In this document: one piece after another, positions 49,171 through 59,348 of the stretch
Layout: each line of letters begins with the position of its first letter
Position numbering within the stretch: the first letter of the stretch is position 1
Source: an uncultured candidate division Zixibacteria bacterium
GTDB taxonomy: Bacteria > Zixibacteria > MSB-5A5 > UBA10806
Length of the DNA stretch: 64,000 nt
Direction of reading: 5' to 3'
Assembly: GCA_963817915.1 (NCBI GenBank)
Contig: CAWFQL010000016.1
Location: 128,171 to 192,170, forward strand
The notes under the pieces: model-generated
What the model saw: the letters and a program-made list of their open reading frames with translations, nothing else
Databases searched by the model: none
Told to the model about the DNA's origin: nothing
Program-made: the position numbers and the translations under genes

Positions 49171-51131
49171 TCAGCTTTCCTCGTACTCGTCCTTCAATGA
49201 TTTGACGACATTCGGATCGGCCAGTGTCGTGATATTTCCCAGAATTCTACCTTCGGCGATATCTCTTAACAATCTTCGCATGATTTTCCCCGAACGAGTC
49301 TTAGGTAAATCTCCCGCGAATATGATTCTCTCCGGCGTGGCAAATTTGCCGATTTTCTTAGCGACCCATTGGATAAGCTCTTTTTCCAAGAATGGATCCG
49401 CCTGATTGCCATCACGAAGACTCACGAAAGCCACCAACCCCTGCCCTTTTACCTCATGTTTGACACCGATTACAGCGGCTTCGGAAACGGCCTTATGTTC
49501 GACAAAAACACTTTCCAGCTCCGCCGTACCGATTCTATGACCGGATACATTAACGACATCATCGACCCGTCCCAAAATCCAGTAATAGCCGTCATCATCT
49601 TTTCGGGCGCCATCGCCGGGGAAATATATGCCGGGCCATTTAGACCAATAAGTTTGTTTGAATCGTTCGGGATCGCCATAGATACCGCGAGTAATTCCTG
49701 GCCATGGCTTTTTAATCGCCAGCAATCCGGCATTCGTTGGTTTCCCCTCTTCGGTAAGCACGTCGGCATCGATACCGAAAAATGGAAGAGTAGCGCTGCC
49801 GGGCTTAGTTGTAATGCATCCGGGCAATGGCGTAATTACAATCCCGCCAGTTTCGGTCTGCCAGTAAGTATCGACAATCGGGCAATTTTCATGGCCGATA
49901 TTTTCATGATACCACATCCAGGCTTCGGGATTGATCGGCTCACCGACCGTGCCTAAAAGTCTAAGCGATGATAAGTTGTATTTGTTCGGCCAGCTCTCTC
50001 CCCAACGCATGAAAGTTCTGATCGCGGTCGGGGCGGTGTAGAGTATTGTTATGCCATATCGTTCTATCATCTGCCAGAAACGGCCTCGATCCGGCCAATC
50101 AGCCGCGCCTTCATACATCACCACAGTAGAGCCATTGGCCAGGGGCCCATAGACTACATAACTGTGACCAGTGACCCATCCGATATCGGCAGTACACCAG
50201 AAGACATCCTCCGGCCTGAGATCGAAAACATATTTCGAGGTGGCATAAGTATAGACCATATAGCCGCCGGTCGTATGAATTATCCCCTTGGGCTTGCCGG
50301 TCGTGCCGCTGGTATAGAGCAGGAAAGAGCATATCTTCGCTGTCTATCTCTTCGGCGGGGCATTCCATCGACGCGTTATCCATGACTCTATGATACCAAT
50401 GATCTCTACCCTCGACAATCTTGCACGGGAAATTCGCCGCTTCCGAACGTTTTATCACAATGACATCTTTGACAGTCGGGCTGGTTTCGAGAGCCTCATC
50501 GACAATATTCTTCAATGGCATTATATTGCCGCGGCGCCAGGAGCCATCGGCGGTAATTACCAGTCTGGCCTGACAATCATTGACCCGGTCGCTGATTGAT
50601 TCCGATGAAAACCCGGCGAATATCACCGAATGAATCGCGCCAATTCGGGCACAAGCCAGCATGCTGATTGCCAATTCGGGAATCATGGGCAGATAAATTG
50701 CGATCCTATCGCCTTTTTTTACGCCGAGCGATTTTAAAACATTGGCGAATTTATTTACTTCGCGGGCCAGATCCCAATATGTGAGTACTCTACGATCACC
50801 CGGCTCGCCTTCCCAGATAATCGCGGCCTTATTGCGAATATGGCTATCGAGATGACGATCGAGGCAGTTATAGCAAAGATTGGTTTTGCCATTTTCAAAC
50901 CATTTGAAGAACGGAGCATCGTCGGAATTCAGGGTTTTATCCCATTTTTTATACCAGATAAAGCTCCTCGGCAATCTCGGCCCAAAATGATTCAGGATTA
51001 TCAATGCTTTTGTCGTAAAGCTTTTTATATTCCTCGATACTTGAAATATGGCTTTTCTTCTTGAATATTTCCGCCGGTTCGAATTCTCGACATTCCTGCG
51101 AAATAGTCTCGAGTTTCATTGAATCTGCCAT
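49171..51131 (-). pseudogene. acs: Acetyl-CoA synthetase (AMP-forming) gene carrying at least two 1-nt frameshifts
   Basis: Three collinear ORFs cover the N-terminus (FWAEIAEEL), middle (WDKTLNSDDAPFFKWF...EDMLF) and C-terminus ([11 protein letters not shown]...[11 protein letters not shown]). At about 50322 the reading [24 protein letters not shown] is restored by removing one C. Confidence 0.75.
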
Positions 51132-51376
51132 AATGCTAACCGTCCTTTATTTAATAGGCTATTATTTTCGAAATTTGCCACCCACCGGAATCCATGGACA
51201 AGCATGCTATTCAGCTTCTTGTATAACAATGGAGCTTATTGACCAGTTTCCAAATAACTAGAATTATTATTGTTTTTTAAAAATAAATAAAGGGGCTCAA
51301 ATCGACCAAAATCGCCGAAATCTCGTCCCTTAAACCATATTGGATAATAATAAAAATTTATGGATAAAGATAGTAG

Positions 51377-51694
51377 TTATTCTTTGAAATTCTCCACGAG
51401 GCTGAAAAGATAATCGGTATGGATTTGGGTGGCCTCGGTGATTCCATCGGGCGTCTTCAATGACAAACGGTCATTGTTTAATTCGTTAAACTGCCGGACA
51501 TGGTCTTCATCGAAGTCGCTTTGCAAAAACTTTTTTGTGTCTTCCATCCACTCGTTATAGAGCTTTACTGTTTTATCGGGTCCGTATTCATCGTATTTCG
51601 AAACGATCAAAGAAAGATTCACCAATTTATCGGTGACTTTCATGGTCAGATTTAATTTCTTTCTGCCTTCGCTCATATCCCCTCTTTTTTTCAA
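51377..51694 (-). CDS. Hypothetical protein
   Basis: 105-aa ORF in an otherwise non-coding stretch. No recognisable motifs. Confidence 0.3.
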   Translation of the reverse strand: MKKRGDMSEGRKKLNLTMKVTDKLVNLSLIVSKYDEYGPDKTVKLYNEWMEDTKKFLQSDFDEDHVRQFNELNNDRLSLKTPDGITEATQIHTDYLFSLVENFKE

Positions 51695-51972
51695 GAATTA
51701 TTTATGAAGCATTTTCTAAATTTCAATTCCATCAATAGAATTATCGGAATTATTGGGGCAGGGTATAGGTAAATGTCTATTATTTTCGAATAAATTTCTA
51801 CGCGACATAGATTGTTGCGCGTCAGGGCTTGCCCTGACTGCGAACTGAGTAGGATGCGGTCACGTCAAGATCCGCCACAGGCGGATAGACTGTGACTCGC
51901 TGGAAAATAGTTCGAGCCATAGGTTACTGTTTGCAATTTTCGATTAAATTTTTGTGTGATAAAAATTCGAAG

Positions 51973-52533
51973 TTATCGTTTAAGTCGCCATTTGGCGGCA
52001 AATGAATCCGGGGTTTCGCCGCCGACAAGATATTCGGCTATTTTCAGCGCAAATTGCAGAGCGGCACCCGGGCCCATGCCGGTGATAATATTGCCATCCT
52101 GTGTTACCAGCTCATCGGTAATGATCGCTCCGCCGCGGGCGAGCTTGTCATTGAATACAGGATCGCCGGTGGCACGTTTGCCTGTTAGAATATTAGCCGC
52201 TTCGGCCAGAACATGGCCGGGGGAAGCGCATATGGCCGCCACCAATTTGCCCTCAAAATAATTTTTCTTTGTTAATTCGATTACTTTTTCGCTGAAGGCC
52301 AGATTTTCGGCGTTTTTTCGTCCGCCGGGAAATATGATAGCGTCATATTGCCCCTTGACCGAATTCAAGTCGGTATCCGGGATTATCGTAGTCCCATAGG
52401 CGCCCTTGATTGTGCCGGGGATCAGGTTGGCTATAGTCAGGTCGACCTGGACGCGATTCAAAATGTCAATTATGGCGATGCCCTCGATGTCCTCAAATCC
52501 ATCGGACAATACCAGCAGGGCTTTCTTCTTCAT
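51973..52533 (-). CDS. DJ-1/PfpI family protein
   Basis: Nucleophile elbow AAICASPG and the flavodoxin-like class I glutamine amidotransferase-type fold. Confidence 0.75.
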   Translation of the reverse strand: MKKKALLVLSDGFEDIEGIAIIDILNRVQVDLTIANLIPGTIKGAYGTTIIPDTDLNSVKGQYDAIIFPGGRKNAENLAFSEKVIELTKKNYFEGKLVAAICASPGHVLAEAANILTGKRATGDPVFNDKLARGGAIITDELVTQDGNIITGMGPGAALQFALKIAEYLVGGETPDSFAAKWRLKR

Positions 52534-52639
52534 GCTATCTCAAACGATAAATTAAGGGAAGGGGTTCCACGGGCGATTATGATTAATTTGTCGGGTTTTC
52601 TCTTGGCGCGAGCAAGATTCCGCATCAAGCTCTCTTGAG

Positions 52640-52760
52640 TCCGGCGACCGACGGATGCGGAATGACAGGTCTAAAGTAGGTCAGGTCGCCTGCGACCTGA
52701 CTATAAATTTAGGACGTCATTTCCCAGGGGAAATGACCTACAAAGATATGTTTTTTGATC
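52640..52760. repeat. Composite palindromic intergenic repeat, copy 3 (inverted relative to copies 1 and 2)
   Basis: gatgcggaatgac, gtaggtcaggtcgcctgcgacctgac and gacgtcatttcccaggggaaatgacctac. The following ~70 bp are near-identical to 54330-54400. Confidence 0.65.
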
Positions 52761-52824
52761 GGCATTGACTACTTCGATATATTTATTGTCGATTTCTTGA
52801 TAAACACGAAGGGCTGTAACATTA

Positions 52825-54235
52825 TTATTTTAGATATATAAGCTTTATGGCCTTTTCGTTCTGGGGCGTCGATGCTTTGGCAAAGTATATCCCTGTAGAT
52901 AGCCTTTTGCCGGAAGCGTCAGTGGCGTCCCATATTATTTGTCCCTCCTCCTTTGAATCGGTCCCCAATTTAGTGATCAATTGGCCATTGATGTTGTATA
53001 TCTCGATCTCACCTCCTTCAAGATTTGTATAAGTTAGAATTGTCGAGGAATTAAATGGATTGGGATAAGCACTTCAGCAGAAATATCCTCAGGCAAAGTT
53101 GGTTCGTCTATCCTCAACTTCAGAACCGCCCGAAATCGTCCCCCGGCGATAGTACAAGCATTTGTGGTTGCCCCATAAGGTATCATCTCGGGCATCGCAG
53201 TAAGCTACATGGATGTGATCTGCCGTCAATTGCGACTGCCGGCTCTACAGTTTTCCAGGGGGAATAAGTCACGCGAACCGGCTCCCCCCAAGTGACTCCT
53301 CCGTCGGGTGAGAGATTGAAAAAGACCTCTTCTGAATTCGTCTCGCCATCAAGAACGATTTCATCATAGATCATGAATAAGGAATCGTTTCTCTGCGTGA
53401 TATTCTTGCCAAATGCGAGGTGATTGAAGGTCAGTTGCTGTTCAGGGAGCCAGAATTCCCCATTATCAGTCGAGCGTCGCATCAAAATGTCCCCAGTCCA
53501 ACCATAAGGAGAATACTTATAATCCAGCCAAATGACTGCGAGATTGGAATCCCCCCAGGCCGTCATCTCGGGATTAAAGGAGTTGTCTTCAAGATAATCA
53601 GAGATACGAACCGTATCGCTCCATCCGGGCTGAGAAAAGAGATACTTGCAATAATATATCTCTTCGTTACCCCTTTCCACGATCATATGCAGAGCCGAAG
53701 GAGTCGCCCCTAAGGCCGATTCACCCTCAAGATAACGCTTTGTGGAGTGATAATACCAGCGATAGCCATGATTAATGCTGTAATAGCATTCCATATTATG
53801 TGCATACGTGTAGAAAATGGCATAAAGCGTTGAATCCATAGAGGTTACGGAAAGTTCAAAGCCTTGAATATAGGTTCTCCTCCAATCGCTCCAAGTCTGG
53901 CCAAAATCGCTTGAATATATACTTCGAAAAATGCCATTACCAATGAAAGGAAAACTGATATAATTTGAATTAGAAAATAAATAGTTAAATATCGCAGAGA
54001 CTCCAGGAGTGTCTATTAGGCAGACCTGCTCACTCCATGCATCGCCATTATTTAAACTCCTTATATAATAAGGTTCGAATGCGGAAGCATTGCTTGCAGT
54101 TGCATGGACATAGCCATTATAAGCAGAGACAGTCGGGAAAAAGGTATTGAGGCCATGCGTCAGCCTTATTTCGGGGTCCCAGTCTATAGAGAGTATCTCA
54201 TCGCGGCTATCCGGCGCTCTTGCCTGGGCCGGCAT
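52825..54235 (-). pseudogene. BNR/Asp-box repeat surface protein with T9SS C-terminal sorting domain, paralogue A. The 5' end is replaced by a palindromic repeat element and the 3' half has multiple frameshifts
   Basis: Homology to paralogue B begins exactly at PGMPAQA, directly abutting repeat copy 4, so there is no signal peptide. After VAIDG the reading frame is lost, but an intact T9SS C-terminal domain (YPNPFNSSTILTYTNLEGGEIEIYNINGQLITKLG...KLIYLK-stop) is present in a third frame. Confidence 0.65.
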
Positions 54236-54330
54236 GCCCGGGGGCGGGAAAGTAGGTCAGGTCGCCTGCGACCTGACTATAAATTTAGGACGTCATTTCC
54301 CAGGGGAAATGACCTACAAAGATATGTTTT
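54236..54330. repeat. Composite palindromic intergenic repeat, copy 4
   Basis: Near-identical to 52676-52760. Abuts the truncated 5' end of paralogue A. Confidence 0.65.
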
Positions 54331-54399
54331 TTGATCGGCATTGACTACTTCGATATATTTATTGTCGATTTATTGATAAAATAAGGCGCTGTAACATTA

Positions 54400-55945
54400 T
54401 TATTTTAGATATAGAAGTTTGATAGCCTTTTCGTTTTGGGACGCTCTTGCTCTGGCGAAATAGATGCCTGAAGAGACTTTATTTCCCATAGCATCCCGGG
54501 CGTCCCATATTATTTGTCCCTCCTCATTTGAATCGGTCCCCAATTTAGTGATCAATTGACCATTGATGTTGTAAATCTCGATCTCACCTCCTTCCAGATT
54601 AGAATAAGTGATTATTGTTGACGAATTAAATGGGTTTGGATATGCCCTAATAGAAATACCGTCAGGCTTTGTTTGTCTATCCGGCTCGACATTAGAACTG
54701 CCTGAAATTGTCCCTCTACGGTAATACAAGCATTTATGGTTGCCCCATAAGGTATCATCCCGGGCATCGCAGTAAACGACATGGGTATAGCTGCCATCAA
54801 TCGCGACTGATGGATAGACCGATCTCCAGGGGGAATGAGTCACCCTTAATGGCTCACCCCAGGTGACCCCACCATCAGGAGAGAGATTGAAAAAGACCTC
54901 TTCTGAATTTGTTTCTCCATCGAGTACAATCTCATCATAAACCATGAATAAGGAGTCGTTTCTCTGAGTGATATTCTTGCCGAAGGCCAGATGATTGAAT
55001 GTCAATTGTTGCTCGGGCAGCCAGGAATCGCCGTTATTAGTGGAGCGGCGCATGAGAATGTCGCCAGTCCAGGCATAAGGGGAATATTTATAATCGACCC
55101 AAATTACGACAAGATTGGAATCCCCCCAGGCCGTCATCTCGGGGTCAAAGGATGCGTGCGTGGGATCGTCGGAGATTCTCAAAGTATCGCTCCATCCGGG
55201 CTGTGCAAAGAGATACCTGCAATAATATATCTCTTCATTACCCGCCTCAACGACCAAGTGAAGAGCCGATGGAGTCGCTCCTAAGGCCGATTCCCCCTCA
55301 AGATAGCGCTTCGTAGAATGATGATACCAGCGGTATCCGTGGTCAGGACTATAATAGCACTCCATATTATGAACGCTGACAGATAGAACAGTATAAAATA
55401 CTGTATCCAAGCGTACAGTGGAAAATTGGTTCCCCGAAATATAGGTTCTTCTCCAGCTACTCCAGGTTTCACCAAAATCGCTCGAATAAACCGAGCGAAA
55501 AACTCCATTCCCGCTAAATGGAGCAGTAATAAAATTGGAGTCTGCAAAAATTAAAGCCCCCCCCCCTTACTCCAGGATCTACTAAACATACCTGATCGCT
55601 CCAGTTTGCGCCATTATCCGAGCTTCTAACGTAGTATGGTTCAACAGTATAATTGCTGGTGATAGCGTGCACATAACCTTCATCTGCGGCAACTGCGCTA
55701 AAAAAGGTGTTAAGGCCATACGTCAGCCTGACTTCAGGCCCCCAGTCTATGGAGAGAATTTGATTGCGATTATCGGGCTCGCTGGCCTGGGCCGGCATGC
55801 CCGGAGATGGATCGGGCAAAGTGGCATGCATATTCCGCGGTTGCCAAGAGCCATCCGGGAAGTAGCGTCCGGACCTATCAGGCGTTTGGCCAATAGCCAT
55901 AGAAAAGAGAATCATTATATTTGCTATTATTGTGATTGAGCGCAT
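54400..55945 (-). CDS. BNR/Asp-box repeat surface protein with T9SS C-terminal sorting domain, paralogue B, frameshifted at a poly-G tract
   Basis: Signal peptide MRSITIIANIMILFSMAIG. Asp-box repeats S.D.G.TW. C-terminal YPNPFNSSTIITYSNLEGGEIEIYNINGQL...SGIYFARA...LLYLK. With G9 instead of G10 at 55556-55565 the two ORFs fuse into one (about 515 aa). Confidence 0.7.
55556..55565. repeat. Homopolymeric C10 (G10 on the coding strand) tract inside paralogue B
   Basis: ccccc ccccc at 55556-55565. It encodes VRGGG, and the frameshift maps here. Confidence 0.8.
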
Positions 55946-56232
55946 AGAGTAATTCCCCTTTAAATTCCCCTTTTTCACGCTATTAAAATAAGCTGTCTTA
56001 CCATTTAAATATGCAATTTTATCCATTTTGTCAAGAATTATTTTAAGTTTATTTTGTATTTTCAGGGCTCGCGCAATCAATGTTATGTCTTTTTTTTCTA
56101 TTTAACCCATTATGATAAATCAATGGATTGATAGAGTATGATAACGTCGAGGCTATAAAACATCTAAAATATTATATTGCAATATTAGAAAGCTATTGTA
56201 TATTAATCACAGATATTTAAATCTGAATTATT

Positions 56233-57723
56233 ATGAGGCACCTCATGCGCAAGACCTTAGCCTTAATAATATTAATAATAGCCTTGACCGCCACGGCCGC
56301 CTTTGCCGGCTGGTCGGAGCCGAGGCTTGTATCTCCCCCGGGCGGGTGCGATGCCCCCCAGATATTAGCTATTCGAGATACATTACACATTGTATATGAA
56401 ACTACACGATATTATGATAAGATAGTTTATCAAAGGAGCACGGATGGGGGGCTAACCTGGAGCGCTCAACATATACTTTCGGATCGCTTATATGAAACAC
56501 TCTTCCCAAAGATAATAGCTAGAGGTGACAGACTAATGGCGCTTTGGAAGAAAGGGCTTACTGGTTATTATAGAAATACTATCGCTTTTAGTGTTTCGAC
56601 GAATAATGGAATCACCTGGTCAACCCCCGGCGTGGTTATTAATCCGGGTTGCCCTGATAATCTTTATTTTGCCGCTTCCGTGGGAAACGGATTGAATATA
56701 AATGTAGTAAATCGGACTTTCGTCGATAGCGATCTTATATTTTACAGTATTCGAAGCACTAATTTCGGGCAAACATGGACTGATCCGCAAGAAATATTCG
56801 GTTGTACTGAGGCCGGATTGCCCGATCAGACAAGTTATGGTAATAGCATACATCTTACTTGGCAAGGTCGCTTTAACTTAAATGAGCCCTGGGATATTTA
56901 TTATTGCCGAAGTACTGATGGAGGACAAACATGGTCCCCAAACACAATGCTCAGCACCATGGACAATCATGGGGCTTTAAGCCCCGCAATTTGCGTGAGC
57001 GATTCTGATAAAGTCAATGTTAGTTGGATGGATGGCAAGTACTCGCCGTATTTGGTTACCGGTGACATACTCATGCGACATAGCGGAGATTCAGGGCAGG
57101 ATTGGGAATCTGAAAATCAAGTATCGTTTAACCATTTCGCGTTGGGGGCAAGCGACATTGTCTCTGAAGGGGATACTATTAATATCGTTTGGGAAGACGC
57201 GATCATGGGGTTGGCCAATAGAAGCATTTATTATGTCAAAAGCACCGATGATGGGGCTACATGGAGCGAACCTTATTGGATAGACGGGACATTCGACGAT
57301 TCATCAAATCCAGCTCTGGCTGTATCCAATGGTAAAGTATATTGTATTTGGACTGATGGTAGGCCCATACCGGATACCAATATAATAGGCGGGGTATATA
57401 TCAGCCGTTGGGATCCTGAACCGAGCGGTATCAAAAATGTAAATAACAATAATGTTCCAGATGAGATAAATTTATCGGCCTATCCCAATCCATTCAATTC
57501 AACAACCGTTATCAATTATACGAACATGAAAGGAGGTGATATTGAGATATTCAACAGCAACGGACAGTTGGTAACGATATTGGGGATCGAATTGAGTAAT
57601 GAAGGGCAAATAAAATGGGACGCCCGGGATGCAATGGGAAATAGAGTCTCTTCAGGCATTTATTTCGCCAGAGCAAGAGCGTCCCAGCATACTCTTTCAC
57701 TTAAACTAATGTATCTGAAATAA
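56233..57723 (+). CDS. BNR/Asp-box repeat surface protein with T9SS C-terminal sorting domain, paralogue C (intact)
   Basis: Signal peptide. At least 6 Asp-box repeats (STDGGLTWS, STNNGITWS, STNFGQTWTD, STDGGQTWS, SGDSGQDW, STDDGATWS). C-terminal YPNPFNSTTVINYTNMKGGDIEIFNSNGQLV...SGIYFARA...LMYLK. Confidence 0.75.
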   Translation: MRHLMRKTLALIILIIALTATAAFAGWSEPRLVSPPGGCDAPQILAIRDTLHIVYETTRYYDKIVYQRSTDGGLTWSAQHILSDRLYETLFPKIIARGDRLMALWKKGLTGYYRNTIAFSVSTNNGITWSTPGVVINPGCPDNLYFAASVGNGLNINVVNRTFVDSDLIFYSIRSTNFGQTWTDPQEIFGCTEAGLPDQTSYGNSIHLTWQGRFNLNEPWDIYYCRSTDGGQTWSPNTMLSTMDNHGALSPAICVSDSDKVNVSWMDGKYSPYLVTGDILMRHSGDSGQDWESENQVSFNHFALGASDIVSEGDTINIVWEDAIMGLANRSIYYVKSTDDGATWSEPYWIDGTFDDSSNPALAVSNGKVYCIWTDGRPIPDTNIIGGVYISRWDPEPSGIKNVNNNNVPDEINLSAYPNPFNSTTVINYTNMKGGDIEIFNSNGQLVTILGIELSNEGQIKWDARDAMGNRVSSGIYFARARASQHTLSLKLMYLK

Positions 57724-57732
57724 TATATATTC

Positions 57733-58130
57733 TTGGGTTATCGTCGGGTGCGGAGACCCGACGACACGGGGAGCGGGTTTAGATTGCTTCGTCCGCCTGC
57801 GACTGAACTTCGATATACGGCTGTCGGGTCAGGCGACCCGACAGCACATATTAATCGGTTACTGCGACCCGACAGCACCGAATGTAATTGTAGGGGCGGG
57901 TTTGAAACCCGCCCCTACCGCGGATTCGTTATAACAATTGAATTATCGTCGGGTGCGAAGACCTGGCGATGCAAGGAAGAGCCCGAACCGCAGGGGTTCG
58001 GGCCTACCCATAAATTAAATTTCTTCGTAGAGACGCAAAATCTTGCGTCTCTACATTGCTAACTTTGTTATCGGGTGGGGTCACCCGGCACCACTAAAAT
58101 TGCCCGAACCACGGGGGTTCGGGCCTACAA
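57733..58130. repeat. Dense array of at least 8 GC-rich hairpins/palindromes in a 400-bp convergent intergenic region
   Basis: tcgtcgggtgcggagacccgacga; gctgtcgggtcaggcgacccgacagc; tgtaggggcgggtttgaaacccgcccctac; gcccgaaccgcaggggttcgggc; tagagacgcaaaatcttgcgtctcta; cgggtggggtcacccg; gcccgaaccacgggggttcgggc. Confidence 0.6.
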
Positions 58131-58133
58131 AAA

Positions 58134-58799
58134 TTATTTTTTTTCGGCTGGCGCGGCAGGGGATTTGGCTGTAACCGCTTTTTCCATTTCGGCTGGTGTC
58201 GGCGGCATCAGGACTTTGTCGATTTCATGAATGACACCGTTGGAGCAGGCGATATCGGCCTTAACAACATTGGCGTCTTCAACCATCAAGGCATTATCGC
58301 CCATCGGCATGAATCTTAATTCCGTACTATGCATAGATCTGGCGCTCTTCATGTCCTTAATTGCCGCAGCCATATACTTTGTGTGAATGGTATGATTATG
58401 AACCAGATACATCAATTCGCTTTTGTTCTTCATCATGGCGTCGAGTTTATCTTTGGGCAATTTGCTGAACGCGTCATCGTTGGGCGCGAAAACCGTGAAC
58501 GGCCCCTGTCCCTTATACGAGTCGGATAGTCCAGCGTTTTTGATTGCGGCTACAAACATCTTGAAATTTGGCATTTCCTCGAGGGTTTGCATGATGTCCT
58601 TGCCCGCCATCACGCTTTTGAGAGCATTAACTGCCGGTTTTTGTGCTTTCATATCCATTTGTGGTGCTTGCTTGGCGGTCATAGTCGGCGGTGTCGATTG
58701 GCTCTTGGGGTCGGGTTTGGCTCCCTGAGTAGCCGTAGCCTGCTGGGCCGATACCGAAATAACCATGCCCGATACGAAAATGGCAATCAGGACTGCCAT
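58134..58799 (-). CDS. Fasciclin (FAS1) domain protein, membrane-anchored or secreted
   Basis: N-terminal hydrophobic segment, Q/P/A-rich linker, FAS1 H1/H2 motifs (TVFAPNDDAF...NGVIHEIDKVLMPP). Confidence 0.7.
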   Translation of the reverse strand: MAVLIAIFVSGMVISVSAQQATATQGAKPDPKSQSTPPTMTAKQAPQMDMKAQKPAVNALKSVMAGKDIMQTLEEMPNFKMFVAAIKNAGLSDSYKGQGPFTVFAPNDDAFSKLPKDKLDAMMKNKSELMYLVHNHTIHTKYMAAAIKDMKSARSMHSTELRFMPMGDNALMVEDANVVKADIACSNGVIHEIDKVLMPPTPAEMEKAVTAKSPAAPAEKK

Positions 58800-59348
58800 G
58801 CTGATTCTTTTAGTTTTCACGGTATCACTCCTTTTTTTAGGGTTCGAATTAAGAAATAAAAACAACTATCCTTATAAATTTTCTGTCTTCATCCAAAATC
58901 GCGATAGCAATTAGCATGGTATTTCCCAAACTGTAATTCATTATCGATATGTTGACTTTGCATATTATATTTTGACCCGAAATTATGCTTATAATTTACC
59001 GCGAATATTTCTCCTGATTTCGTGGGAAAGTATGCCCATAATGTACCCGTCAGGACAATAACTATCATTCGCTGGGAATAGTTTTATTCGAATGAATAAA
59101 AAATGTTCCTTTTGAGAGTTCCAAAATCGGGAAATTAAATTACCTAAGCTGTCCATTTAAAAGTCTCGGTTTGGCTCGATATCCGCAAAAACCCCTAACC
59201 GTCCCAAATACAGGCGATTATAGAAACTCAACCGGGATTTTAGGCCAAAAAATCGTTGAATGAAAGATATTGACATTATATTAACTATGAGTATATTGAC
59301 GGTCTGTATTTGTTAACGGGTCAGATAAGACTTTTTGGGAGTTAAAGG

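Noticed and set aside
52847-53267. Plus-strand ORFs (61 and 70 aa) opposite the BNR pseudogene C-terminal domain
   Set aside because: The minus strand here encodes a recognisable T9SS C-terminal sorting domain in a shifted frame. The plus-strand ORFs are shadows.
57880-57960. Possible tRNA-like cloverleaf around tgtaggggcgggtttgaaacccgcccctac
   Set aside because: Only a single long hairpin. No acceptor, D or T arms and no conserved T-loop GTTC. It is better read as one unit of the hairpin array.
26066-58130. CRISPR array hypothesis for the recurring palindromic repeats
   Set aside because: Repeats are not regularly spaced, are interspersed with genes tens of kb apart, and differ in module order. 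There are no cas genes. This is REP/MITE-like rather than CRISPR.
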